Origin: Spizellomyces punctatus DAOM BR117
Lineage: Eukaryota
Assembly: GCA_000182565.2 (NCBI GenBank)
Contig: KQ257470.1
Length of the DNA stretch: 64,000 nt
Reading direction: 5' to 3' (one strand)
A model generated the notes under the pieces. It was not told where the DNA came from. It made no database searches and saw nothing but the letters and a program-made list of their open reading frames with translations. A program made the position numbers and the translations under genes. How positions within the stretch are numbered: the stretch's first letter is position 1; each line of letters starts with the position of its first letter. This document shows, one piece after another, positions 26,664 through 38,926 of this stretch.

Positions 26664-27587
26664 ATGGCAGCAGCAGCATATGGCAAGTCACTTGAGCGAC
26701 AGAATTTCAGTCACCTCCTAGGCCCAATTTTGCTAATTCTGGCCGTACGATAGCAACAAAATTCGGCTTACTACTTCAGTCCTTTGACCCTGTCCTCAGC
26801 AATATCGAAAATGGGATAGCGCACTCCACTGAAGCAGCTGTAGATCTAGAGGACTCTATCACTGCCTTCCGAGCAACGGGAAACGGGGGCACTGATATTG
26901 ACGGGGAAGAGCAGCAGATTACCCAGCTGGATGCTTCCATCAAATCATATCTGGACATGGTCCAAGAGCTCAATTCACAGAAACGCATATTGGAGGATAT
27001 GCGGGCCCGCTTAACAGCAGGGCAACAGCTAGGGGACGGTGATCTTGTGGCGTGGTTTGAAGAAAAGTATGCGGATGAGCAACGCGAATGGGAGGCTACT
27101 GATGAGGCAGCGCGATACCATGGGAATGAGGAGTACGTCGAGTTCCGGCGAAAGCTATGGGAAAAGCGATATCCGAACAAGCCTTTCTCCCTTACTCCCG
27201 GAGAAAATGAGCAGGAAGAGGATGACGAATTAGAGATTGTTAGCCAGAACCAGAGCCTAGTTTGTCCCATTACAGTACGCTTTTACCCCGTTTCAGCGTT
27301 GTTATGCAGACATCTAACTTTCTACCAACAGCAATCACTACTGGAAGATCCAGTTACATCCAACGTCTGCAACACTCTACTCTGGAAAGCATAACCGAAC
27401 ACATCAAAATTTCGGACGAGATAATCATTCAGGCCGAGCAGAATGCCCGGTGATAGGTTGTAACAAGTACGTCAAACTTGGTGACCTCAAGCGCAACAAA
27501 AGTCTGGCGCGTCTGGCAGCTCGAAAACGAGCACAAGCGGAGGAAGCGGCGGAGGAGGACGAAGACGAGTATACAATGATGGATTAA
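26664..27587 (+). CDS. NSE2: Nse2/Mms21 SP-RING SUMO ligase (Smc5/6); reading frame apparently broken at about 27371-27440
   Basis: EDDELEIV...SLVCPIT|QSLLEDPVTSNVC in one frame; HS...ITEHIK in a second; ECPVIGCNK in a third. First intron is GC-AG. Confidence 0.8.
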
Positions 27588-27719
27588 AGTCGTCAATAAT
27601 TGTAAATAGGATACAAACAAATACGTTCTTATTATGTAATGGGCCGCCAGAACGCGAAGGCAGCTCATCATTATCAGCTACTCACACCATCAACACATAT
27701 TACATTATCATCATACGAG

Positions 27720-29051
27720 TCATCGGACTGACTGTGTGCCAGTAGACACTTTTCTCATAGGCTGGTTGACCGCTCTTCGAGCGCGGTCCCATACTCCTAC
27801 TCCGGTTTCAACCTCATCATCTGAAGACTGCGCACCGTCCTCTTTTGTAATATATACTGTCTTTCGTGAGAAATGTTCCTTAGCAGCCTCGACCTCCTTT
27901 AGTTGTGCTTCTATGAGAGCTTTACGCTTTTTCATGCTGACTGTTTCGATGATTACGGGAAACTTTGATAGCGCTTCCAGTAGCTCGTTTTGTTCTAAAT
28001 GAGAAAGTTGAATTTCTGAATGCAAGAGGGAGTCAAAGGATGTGACAGTCGTACTTTTCTCTAGAGCTTGCAACGTGTCTAGTCGCTCGTATTCTGGAAC
28101 CACTTTACAGAAAATTGGGTGTGAGTGTCTACCGAGGTCGTGGCTCAGCCTACGGGCTTACATATCATTCCTGATGGTATTCTTTGAGGCTTATAAGCAT
28201 CCATGCAATGAGTGTATGAGTGAGGATCTGCATAACTTACTTTTCCTCCTCCAAGCCATTTAACCGCTCCTGCTCCTTTCTCGCCCACTCCAGCTTCCGA
28301 TCTACCAGGCTAAAAGACATACTTAGAGACGCATGGGGTACTCGGTGTAATAGCAAATGCTACATACTATTTGGGTATGTCTCCCTTTTTTGTCTTTCTT
28401 TCAACGGAAACTGGCTCAGGTCGGCGCGGTGTCCGCTGTGGCAGTGTAATTAGCGACCGACAACGGCCAGATGAGACGAACATATTATCACTCACAGGTG
28501 ATGGCTGCTTTGCCTTCATTGCGTTGATGTGAATAAAGTTCTTTTTGGATTCGGTTGTCTGTCCGAAGTTTGTAAGATGGGAAGGGTTGACAATGTTCGA
28601 AAACAGGAGTTACCTGCCTTTGATGAGTTCGCCGTTGATGGTCGGGATGATTCCGGAGTTCCAGAGACCAGAGTTTCAACGGACTACAAGGTGATTGTTA
28701 AAAAGAGACCAAATGGTGTCTGTTTGGCCACTGCCATTCCGCACATACGCTTGTTCGCCGTGTTTGCAATTTGGATGATACGTCTTCAAACTGTTTCAGT
28801 TTAAACCGCGGAGGACTTGGTTTTGATGTTTCCTCCTTTTTCGCTTTATTAGCCTTCTCCAGTTCTTTCAACCGTTGTCGATTTTCTTTATTATGGTCTT
28901 TGGGTTTTCCACCTGCACGCAATATATCGTCCCTGTATCAAACAGTTAGATACGTATTTCGCCCAATGTAAGACCCAACAAATCCGACGTCATTCCCGTA
29001 CCGCAGTCCACGAGACGGCTTCAAAATCATCCCAACGGCAGTGCCCGCCAT
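27720..29051 (-). CDS. enkurin-domain protein (ENKD1-like, centriolar/ciliary)
   Basis: PKDHNKENRQRLKEL...FKLKQFEDVSSKL; C-terminal VPEYERLDTL...LSKFP...KRKALIEAQLKEVEAAKEHFSRKTVYI. Confidence 0.8.
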
Positions 29052-29492
29052 ATGGCGGAGATGTGTTTTTCGAGCCTCCATGAGTAAATAAGCTCAGATC
29101 GCCGGAACCGCGGAGGTCGAGTTGAACGGTGGGCACGAGGATGCGCTGAGCTTTGTAGTGTTCAGTTTTTGGAAGGACAGAGATGTGGGTAGAGCGGTTC
29201 AATGCACCGATATATGCACAAAGCCGAGAGCCAATGTAACCTAGATCGGAGGAGTGTAAAGCTGACCGTTGCACTTGCGAGACTTCCACCCGCGTCCTCA
29301 CCACGAGGCGATTCGGACACCATTTATCCCAAAAAGGCAAAATGAGCAGTGCATGTTTTTTTATTTTTTGTCTTTGCGTAAGCTCCCATCTGCACGCTGT
29401 GGGGGGTGAACAATCTTGCTTTTTTTTCAACGTCATTCCCCCAAACCCACCCCCTCCATTTGCCGAGCACCACCCGGTTGTGCGTAGTGCAA

Positions 29493-31748
29493 ATGTCTAT
29501 CCTTACGCTTCCTAGTCCCCCAAAGTCCTGGGACAAGAACAAGGACTATGTTATTCACAACTCAATATCAGAGTTCTATTCGGCGCCTATAGAGCCTGTT
29601 GGAAAAGCTTTTATTGCTGTTGCACGTCGCCATCGTCATAAGCGTACACTCTCTGAAGACGAGCGCATTGAGCAAGCATTGGAGGATGCGAAAGACGAGG
29701 ATATTTCGTTGGACGATGATGAACCTGAGACTCCGAAATTGTTGAAAAGTGATCCTTTAAAGTGGAAGGTATGTCTATAGAATCACTCTACTCGCTTGCA
29801 AGACTTTGACCAGCTCACAAACATCTTACTCAACAGGAACAAGATCACTACGCCGTGTTGGGTCTCTCAAAGTTGCGCTGGAAGGCCAGTGAAGAAGAGA
29901 TCAAGAGAGCTTATCGAAGGAAGGTATTGAAGCACCACCCGGACAAGAACCCCGACGGTTCCGATTCCTTTTTCAAATGTGTACAGAAAGCATGGGAAGT
30001 AATGAGTGAACCTGTGAAGCGTCGTCAGTGGGATTCGGTGGACCCCAAGTTCGACGATTCCGTCCCAAGCGCGAAGGCAAAGGGCGATTTCTTCAAGCTT
30101 TACCAACCTGCGTTTGAAAAGGAAGCGAGGTTTTCCAAGATACAGCCGGTTCCTGAACTCGGCAGTGGTGATTTGACACGTGACGAAGTGGAAGCATTTT
30201 ACAACTTTTGGTTCAACTTTGATTCATGGCGAACATTTGAGAACCTTGATGAGGAGGACACAGACAATGTAGAAAGTAGGGAGGAAAAGAGGTGGTTGGA
30301 ACGACGGAACAAGGCTGAGCGTACAAAGAGGAAGAAGGCGGATAACGCTCGTGTAAACAAACTGGTTGAGCAAGCCTTCCAGGCTGATCCACGCATCAAA
30401 AAATTCCGTGAGGATGACAAAGCCGCAAAGGAAAGTAAGAAAAGGGAGAAAGAGGCTGCTGCCCGCGCTGCTGAGGAGGAAGCTAAGCGAAAGGCTGAAG
30501 AGGAACAGGCAGCCAAAGAAAAGGCTGAAGCTGAGGAACGAACCCGTCAGCAGGCTGAAAAGAAGGAGCGAGAAGCTGCCAAAAATGCGCTCAGGAAAGA
30601 GAAAAAAACAATCAAGCGCATCATGCGGGACAATAATAACTTCTTGCCCGAGGATGCCTCCCCCGATGCGGTTGCTACACAGCTCCAGAAATTGGATGAA
30701 ATCATGGAATTCCTTGATGTTAGCGGACTGGAGCAGTTCCGTAAGAAGCTGGAAGAGGCAGCACCCGGTGGAGCAGATGATTTAGTATTGGTTCTCGATG
30801 AGGAGGTGAGGCTTTTATCTTTTTATGCGCGCAACTGGTCGATTACTAATTTGACGGGCAACATAGCATATGGCGATGGTAGAGGCTAAAGACGCACAAA
30901 AGCAAGCGGCCGATGCCAGCAGAGAAGAAGCAAAAGCCAAAGAAGAGAAAAAAGTCGTGAAAGCGCCATGGAGTGCAAAGGAACTTGCGACGCTAATTAA
31001 GGCCGTTAAGCTATTCCCGGGAGGAACTATTGATAGGTTGGTGGAATATGTGCTTACGCTATTGATGAAGGCCTATCGCCTCATACGTCATCCTTGACAG
31101 ATGGGAGAAAATTGCCGAGTATATAAATGAGCACGGTGGGGAGGAGGGCGAGAGTGCCGAAACAAAAGCCAGTCGTCAAAGAACAGCAAAGGAAGCCATC
31201 AGCCAGTCCAAAGTTGTACAGTCAGGTGGGTAGCACAATGTTCGTAGGCGCCTATGTAAGTCTCTCTAAAATCTCAATGCCCACCAGCTCAAGCGGCTGA
31301 CCGTCAAAGACTGCAACAGGCCGCGAAAAAACCGGTAGCCAAAGTGGAAATTAATGACAAGCCAACCGAGCGGGTGGAGCCTGCGACCGCTGCAGCACCA
31401 GACGAAGCCTCCACCGCAAAAGCTGTCGTCAATGGTGACAAGGCAGCTCCGAAGGCACCACAACCATCCATGCCCGCACCACCGAACGCGTCCTGGTCTA
31501 CCGAGCAACAGATTGCCCTTGAACAAGCCATGCGAAAGTTCCCTGCGGCCAGCTTTAGGGAAAATCCTAATGAACGGTGGGAGAAAATTACGTCGGAAGT
31601 CGCTGGTAAAACGAAGAAGGAGATCAAACAACGAGTCAAGGTTTGTCATTTAAATATTCAAACTATATCATGACCGATTCAGCGGTTTAAATTCCCCATT
31701 TTTTAGGAACTCGCTGAAATGGTCAAAAAGAAGAAGCAGCAATCTTGA
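29493..31748 (+). CDS. ZUO1: zuotin/DNAJC2 (ribosome-associated J protein) with two C-terminal SANT domains
   Basis: IEPVG zuotin N-terminus; J domain with HHPDK; FYNFWFNFDSWRTF; charged region; SANT repeats WSAKELATLIKAV...WEKIA and WSTEQQIALEQAM...WEKI. Confidence 0.93.
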
Positions 31749-32060
31749 ATTACTCCACCTCCATCAAATCAAATTGCTACACGACGTTTTTTTTATTTCA
31801 TTGTGTTTGGTTTCTCCCATCATTTTACTTTATTCTGTTTCTCGGAGGGGAGGCGGATGAAGATGATGGGAGGTTGTTAATGCACATATTTTACATATTA
31901 GGAAATAGATTTTCTTTGTTGCTGATAATGCTTGACGAGTCAAATGCTATCTATTTGGGACTATGAAGTCTATAAACGCAGCTGGGCAGCTCACGCAGAG
32001 CTTTTGCTGCACAATGATGTAGTTACATGTTGAAACTCCACTACGCCTATCCTTTATCTG

Positions 32061-33378
32061 TCACTTTGTCTGCTGAACCTTAAAGGGATTGGGGTCGTCA
32101 GGCTTCAGTTTTGCCAGTGTGTGATTTACTGTACGATGCTCCGCCTCATCTAAATTAGCAGATTAGTCACAAATACGGATTTGCCAGCCCGATTGTGGTA
32201 GCCGCAACTCACCTGCCCGGACGGCGGCGACAACATCCTCCACGGTTGCTCCTTCCTTTAACCGCCAATATGATTTCGCAATCAGCGGTGCGGGTGTATG
32301 AGACCTATAGAGTACGATTGGTATTCATGGAGTACTGCCAAGATATAAACCTAGGCAGAACCTACCAATGTCGAATTTCCCCAACTTTGATATCCTTTAA
32401 GCAATTTGTGTATGTGTGCACAGCTTCTTCTTCGAGGTATCCCACGAATCTGTGGCATGTTCGCGGGGATACCATATAGGCAATGAAATATAATGCAAAA
32501 AAGACGGCTTGACCTGATAGAACAAAGAAGCGGAGAAGGGGTGTAGGTTGTTTAAGCTGGAGATGAAGAGTAACGTGAATAATTGTTGGAAAAGTAATGT
32601 AAGAAGGCGATTACGGATATACCGTTAGGAATGTCATTAGATGCATCCGCTCATTTTCGGCTTCTTCCAGCATTGTGTTGATCCATCCTTCATCTTTTTT
32701 CAGGGTTCTCTAAAGTATGCTCATCAGCGAAAGGGTCACCAACGGTGCGACCAATCAAATGATTATGGACCATGGAGAGCATATGTCGAGTCATACCAGC
32801 TACCATGCCGGGTACACCAGCAATGGTTTCCAAAAACACTGAGATTGACAAGAAAGTAAAACTTAGTATAGGTGGAACTGAACCATATGCGACCCGCACA
32901 CCAGTACCTATACGATTCAACCACTGCCGCTCCGACATTCGATTCAATCCATCTGAATACCCAGTTGCCGTATCAAATCCTAATTTGTTCCGATATCAGC
33001 TACTAGACACAAACCTCAGATCTCAATGACGAAGTCCCCCCACCATGTTCGCCAATGCCCTCACTCACCGAACCTCAAGGTCCTGACAGCCGCAAAAGCG
33101 ACAGCATCCGCCCACTCTTTTCTCGGCTCGTGGGTCTCCTCCACTCGCAATTCCTCATCAGAGTATACAGAATGCATCGGCGGGTTCTGGCGCTGTTGGT
33201 TGGAATTGGGACGAGGCCAGAGAGCAGCGTTCTTGTCTGAGCGGATTTTAGGGTGAGGTGTTGCGTAGCCGGCTTTTAGAGCGTCTGCCGTTCTGTGTCG
33301 CTTTTGAAAGTACCAGGGTGGCTGATGGTGACAATTGCGTTGGAGAAGGCGGAGAGTGCGCGAAACGGTTGAGGACAT
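32061..33378 (-). CDS. AOX: mitochondrial alternative oxidase (7 exons)
   Basis: Spliced by eye: [63 protein letters not shown] - all diiron ligand motifs are present. Confidence 0.95.
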
Positions 33379-35260
33379 GATATTGTGGAGTGTAAAGTTG
33401 TTTTCTTCGATAGTCTTCAATGTGTGGTGCGAACTTGGTAGAATGTCAATTGTATAAAAGTATAGATCTCTCTTTGGGCGTCGCGTTAGATCACACACCA
33501 CCGGTTTGATGGGCAGTGGACAAATGCAAACTGAATAGCTGCCAGTTCAAAATTACAGACATCAAGCACACCATCGCCAGTTAAAAAGCTGTAATATAAT
33601 GGTATGGAGGGCTTAAAACGATGATCTATCGGGAAGCTCATAAACGATTGCATCGCCTGGCTAATTCGATACGCTATATCAAATGTGCACTTGTAAATTC
33701 CTGTTCTCATCGACGTACTGATTGTTGGTTGCTTGCCACAAGTACTGCAAGCTATTGCTTACGTATGAAAGCAGCATTCGCTATGTGTTCAGACCTGAGC
33801 ACAACTAATTTCAATACCTTGGGGAAAATGGCGGTATCTTGAACACCAGCACTCCTCTATGCGGAACTCTGTCGATGGATGAGAAAAGCAATGGAGAATA
33901 GATCAAGAGTGCCGACCATCATCTATTATCATAGCACGCAAAAATCGATGCTATAGCAAAGTTCTACCAGAAGAGGTGTGAAATTCGACAATGAATTTGG
34001 TGATTATCGTATTGGGTGGACAGAAAACGTCCTGGATCTACGGATCTAACTGTTCGACCTACTGGACACAAACAGTCGTGTTTATTCGTTATTCGCTGGA
34101 GGTTCACTGAGCAAATATCCGCCTCATCTCGACTCTTTCAACGGAGGATTTCCCCTGCATACGTGGATCGTAGGTTTGGTCGTGCAGATGAGGCAAAAGC
34201 TGCTAGTCACGATTTGAGTCCCCGAATCAACTCTCAACCATGGGAAAGTTGGGAGCACCCATGCTAAGAGCCTGGATTTATGATACAAGAACTAGAGCAC
34301 GGCACACCAAAAGCAGAAAGATGCCAATGTAGTGAACACTGATGGGACCATATCAAGTTACAAGCTATCGATACGCAGGGAACTAGGACGAATGCAACGG
34401 CGTCTACCAGTCATTTGCTAACGTGATGGTGTGTTTTGCAGACACTTTGCATCCAGTGTGTGATTTATCTTGTAGCAAGAAGGTAATGATAGGGGCACGT
34501 CAGTAGTAAGCCTATAAGATTCCTACGTACATTAGGCAGATTCCAATGACGAATGGCACTCGAGAACTACTCAAAGTGCCATTGCATTCAGCACGTCGGC
34601 GCACCTGCGGTCGATCGTCGCGGACCGTCCTGTTGACATTCAGTACTCGGCGGCCTTGTGCTAATCGACTCTGTGCACCTCATCATCTTGAGACCAGAGA
34701 TGGCAACATTCAGTACCAGGGAACAAGTCATTCAGAGCGTCAAATCATTATTAATGCAACATATTGACTTTTAGTCGGACCATTCGGACAGCCTGCACAG
34801 AGTATAGATCAAAAGAGGGTCTCTAGTTATGTGTTCCAGAATTTGTCCTATGTCTCAGAAAATCGCCAATCCCTGTCGTCCTGTCGACTCGAGACAGGGA
34901 ATAAGCAGGGATGTCGGTTCCTTTTATAGGCCCAGATTCCGATGACCGCACATACCTGGTATCACTTTGGAAGCTGGCATCCGATACAGTGGATGTCAGA
35001 TAGAGGGTAGACGGCTTGGGACCGCAATGTAATTATAAACCGAAAGCAGCTTCGTGATTTTTGCGCATCTTCAAGAGGCCACGACATGCTGAGATGCTTC
35101 GCACCGGTTTTCCTTATTCTGATACGTCAATGCACTGTCAAATGCCGTTTGTCTGTACTCTGGTACCGAATGGCAAGTCATGGAAAATGAGGAGGATGAT
35201 ATATTAAGTGCTTAGAAACTGATTTACTAATGAAATAAAAGCTATTCGCTGAATGAGATC

Positions 35261-36456
35261 CTACGACTGTCGACTTCCTGCGAGAGGGTATTTAAGGGCC
35301 ATATAATTCCAAAAGGCTTGGATAAACGGAGGCATTGTACTGTTGATACGGAGACAGTTAACTATCATTTCACAAGATTTATGCATCGAAAACATTCAAG
35401 TACCTGGTCATGTGCACGGGCCAATACTGGATCGCAGGGAAGATAATGACAGGGCGATCCCTTTCCAGACCTTTGGTGATAACCTTGGCTGCAGCCTTGA
35501 CGTCCATGACAGCAAAGCCTGGAAGTTTGCCACCGGCGTCTCTCATCTCCTGCACCAAGGGCGTCTCAACAAATCCGGGGCAGATGCATGTTAGGCGGAT
35601 CCCTTGCTCAGCTGCAACCGGGCGGAAATGACGGGAGAATGCCACGAGTGCAGATTTGCTAGCGCCATAGTATGCTAGTCATATCAAAGCGTTAGACGTT
35701 AATGGGTAAAAGCGTTTTATAGTTGTACTAGGAACTCACACAAATTGGGATGACTAAAGATGCCAGAGAGAGAGCTCATGATGGCGACTTGACCTCTGCC
35801 CCGGTGACGCATTCCTTCCATGATGGGTGCAATGGTGTGGAACACGCCAAAAACGTTGACATCAAATAAGCGCTAGGAAGAGATTATAGCGTCAGGAGAG
35901 ACATGTCTGCACAGGACATCAAGCGCGGTTTCTTCACCTGTGCTGCATCAGAGAACAACTCGCCCTCTTTAGGCGGCGTCATTGAAATTCCCGCATTGGC
36001 TACCACGAGATCAATGTTGACTCGTTTATCCACCTCTTCCATGTAGCTCTTGACAGCTTTGGAATCTGACATGTCCAGTGACGCTATTTCGACTGTCGCA
36101 CCCTTTTCTTCACATTGCTTTTTGACCTTTTCGAGTCTTGTAACATTTCGAGCGACAAGGATGAGACGTGTTCGGGGTTTTGCATACCGGACTGCGAGTT
36201 CGGCCCCGATGCCACTGCTATAATCGAAATGTTGACATGTCAATATCACGTTCATAAAAGACGCAATGAGAGTAGAAAAGTACCTTGCCCCTGTGATGAG
36301 AATAGATCTTGGATGAGGTACAGGTTTATTCAATCCGAACACTTTGAAAACTATTTCTTTCACTAGTAGTACCCCTGCGATCATGCCAGCAAAAAGGTTG
36401 GCGATAACTGCCAAAAAGGCCAAAAAAATAGCTTCAATCGCGTCGATGATGGCCAT
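35261..36456 (-). CDS. membrane-anchored short-chain dehydrogenase/reductase
   Basis: N-terminal TM segment; ILITGA|SSGIG; VVANAGI; YGASK catalytic motif (coded around 35657-35671); ICPGFVETP. Confidence 0.9.
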
Positions 36457-37058
36457 GGCTAATAAGTTTTTTTTTGTATTGCTGGACGGGGATATCAAGC
36501 ATGGATGGGCTTTTTAAAATCATCAATGTATTTTTAAATACTCAAAAGCTCTGGGTAGAAGTTTGGCCGGTTAAAAAAAGTGTGACGTCGTGTGTTATCG
36601 GTTGAACTTGAACCATCGGAGGGGCTAAACTGTTAAAATAAATTCTTTACTTTTTGTTGATGGATTTTTTACTTTTTATTTTATTTTCTTTGGCAGTGGC
36701 CTTTTTGTTCTTTAGACGACAACATGTTCAGATGAAAAAGTTGCAGAGGTTTTGGGTGAGGAACGATGAGGGACGAGCGAGTGATGCTTTTTTGCTAGCG
36801 CATGCTTTACTGCATTGATGACATTTCGACATTGACAGGGACGAAGACTCTCCTTACTTCAGCAGTAGTTGCATACTCTGAACCTGTGTATAGCAATGAT
36901 TGCCTTCGTTGTCTCTGACTCAAATATATAAAATAGTAGTAAACTGTCAAATATCGATAGCGCTTGAAAATAAGCATGGCGACCGCGTTGCTAGGCCCAT
37001 TGAAATCGTGAGGCCAATTTTCAACTCCAGCTCTCTCACTCAGATATCACTTGGGCAC

Positions 37059-38383
37059 ATGGCTAAACGCAAGAACAAGAAGAGTAAGAGTGGTGATACG
37101 TTGACACAGAGCTCGATCGAGGGAAAAGAGGATGCAAACGTCGTTACCTCAAACAAGAGACCAAGTGAAGCTGACCGGGACAATGTCCAGAATGTCGTCA
37201 AGAAGCAAAAGTTGAATTCCTCGCAAAAGGATCGCCTAAGAAAGGTATGCAGTGCAAGAAGAGCTTCTAGGACTGAGCTAGAACGACGTGCCACTGAGGC
37301 TCACTTTGCATATTCTTCTTGTGTACTATCAGGTGTTGGAGAAGCGTAGCAAAGGGAAACCCAATAGCGAACTTGCAAGTACACCTATATCAAAAGGTCC
37401 CCCAAAATCGACATTGAAAGCTGGCCCCTTGAATGCAGTTCGCGAAGCTTTGAAGGCAGGACAACAGCCAAAAGCCGGATTGATTCCAACAAAACAACCC
37501 GCGAAACCCACCTCAAATCTCACCGCCCTGCAAGAAAAGATGCACAAAAAGCTTGCTGGCGCCAAATTCCGCTGGATCAATGAAATCTTGTATACCAAAG
37601 AATCACGCGAAGCAGTCAAGATCTTCAAAGAGCAACCGGAAATGTTTGACATTTATCATGAGGGATTTAGGAGTCAAACAGAAGGATGGCCTGCCAATCC
37701 CGTGGATGGGTTCCTTGCCTGGTTACGTGAAAAGCCAGATGGGACAGTGGTGGCGGATATGGGATGTGGAGATGCCAAAATCGCCCGGACCCTAAAAGCT
37801 GAGGAAAAGAAGATTGTCGTGCATTCCTTTGATTTAGTCAAACGGTGCGAGGAAGTTGTTGCCTGTGACATTGCAAAGGTAGCCAAATGGTATGGTGATC
37901 CTCTCGTATCAAGGTATGTTTAACATGATCCTGGTTTATTAGGTACCACTCCAGTCGTCTTCGGTCGATGTGGTCATATTCTGTTTATCGTTGATGGGAA
38001 CCAATTTCATGGATTTTGTATTGGAAGCACATCGAATATTGCGAGTAAACGGCGAGCTGAAGATTGCTGAAGTAATAAGTCGATTTCCTGATGTGGATGC
38101 ATTTGTCGATGCACTATCAAAGGCCGGCTTTCGGATGGTGCGAAAGGTACTATGTTGGGATGCTTTTGTTGTAAAATGAGCCTAGAGGCCTTACGATCGA
38201 TCACATCAGGATGACTCCAACACAATGTTTATCCTGTTTGATTTTGTAAAATCAAGCAAGAAATCTGTTCATGGCGAAAAACCAAAAGATGGAAAGAAGA
38301 AGCGGAGAGGTGGTGGCGAGGAACAGACATCTGAGGCGATACAATCTGCCTTACTCAAGCCATGCATGTACAAGAAGCGATGA
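37059..38383 (+). CDS. RRP8: 25S rRNA m1A methyltransferase Rrp8
   Basis: LAGAKFRWINEILYT, YHEGFRSQ..WPANP, VADMGCGDA, FCLSLMGTN, C-terminal LKPCMYKKR. Confidence 0.95.
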
Positions 38384-38713
38384 CCCATGTATATAGATTT
38401 GCATCTTTGACTTAATTTATTCATCATTCGTTTTGGCGTATTGGCCAGATTACCCCACCGGCCACCATATTTCAAATTTGTGTGGGGCAGCAATGTGGGG
38501 TTTTTTGATCTTGTTTTTGTCATGGCGATACCAAGATGTTCTACATCCTTCCATATGAATCAACACATATCGCTCGTCGTCGTTTCTTGTCCTTTATCGC
38601 TCAATCATCTATCATGCTCTAAAATAATAAAAAAACATTACAAAAAAACCACTCTCCAAACGAATGCGCAGTTTAACTCAAGGAAAGCAAACAAGCGAAA
38701 AGGAGGAGACACG

Positions 38714-38880
38714 CGCCATTTTATATCCATTTCAAATTGTACTCCATTTGGGCCAATCAGATGCGCATGCGCCACTTACTGATTGCGCCACAGGAAAAAA
38801 AAACTCGACAGCCGGTGGTTTATTTAAGACGGACGGTCTTCCCGGCCCCCCCTTCTTCTTGCTCCTTCTCTCGCTCTCGT
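38714..38880 (+). promoter_or_regulatory. putative EFL core promoter
   Basis: CCAAT 38753-57, palindromic GCGCATGCGC 38763-72, TATTTAA 38821-27, then a pyrimidine-rich tract before the ATG. Confidence 0.45.
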
Positions 38881-38926
38881 TGATCGTATCCTTCCCCAAC
38901 CCTCCATCCAACAACACATCAGCGCA

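Noticed and set aside
34185-34205. CAGATGAG-GC-AAAA-GC resembles a hammerhead core
   Set aside because: Lacks the invariant CUGA and GAAA.
34597-34787. CGG pairs upstream of AOX as an AOD2/AOD5-type CGG-N7-CGG element
   Set aside because: Spacings seen are 6, 8 and 10, not 7.
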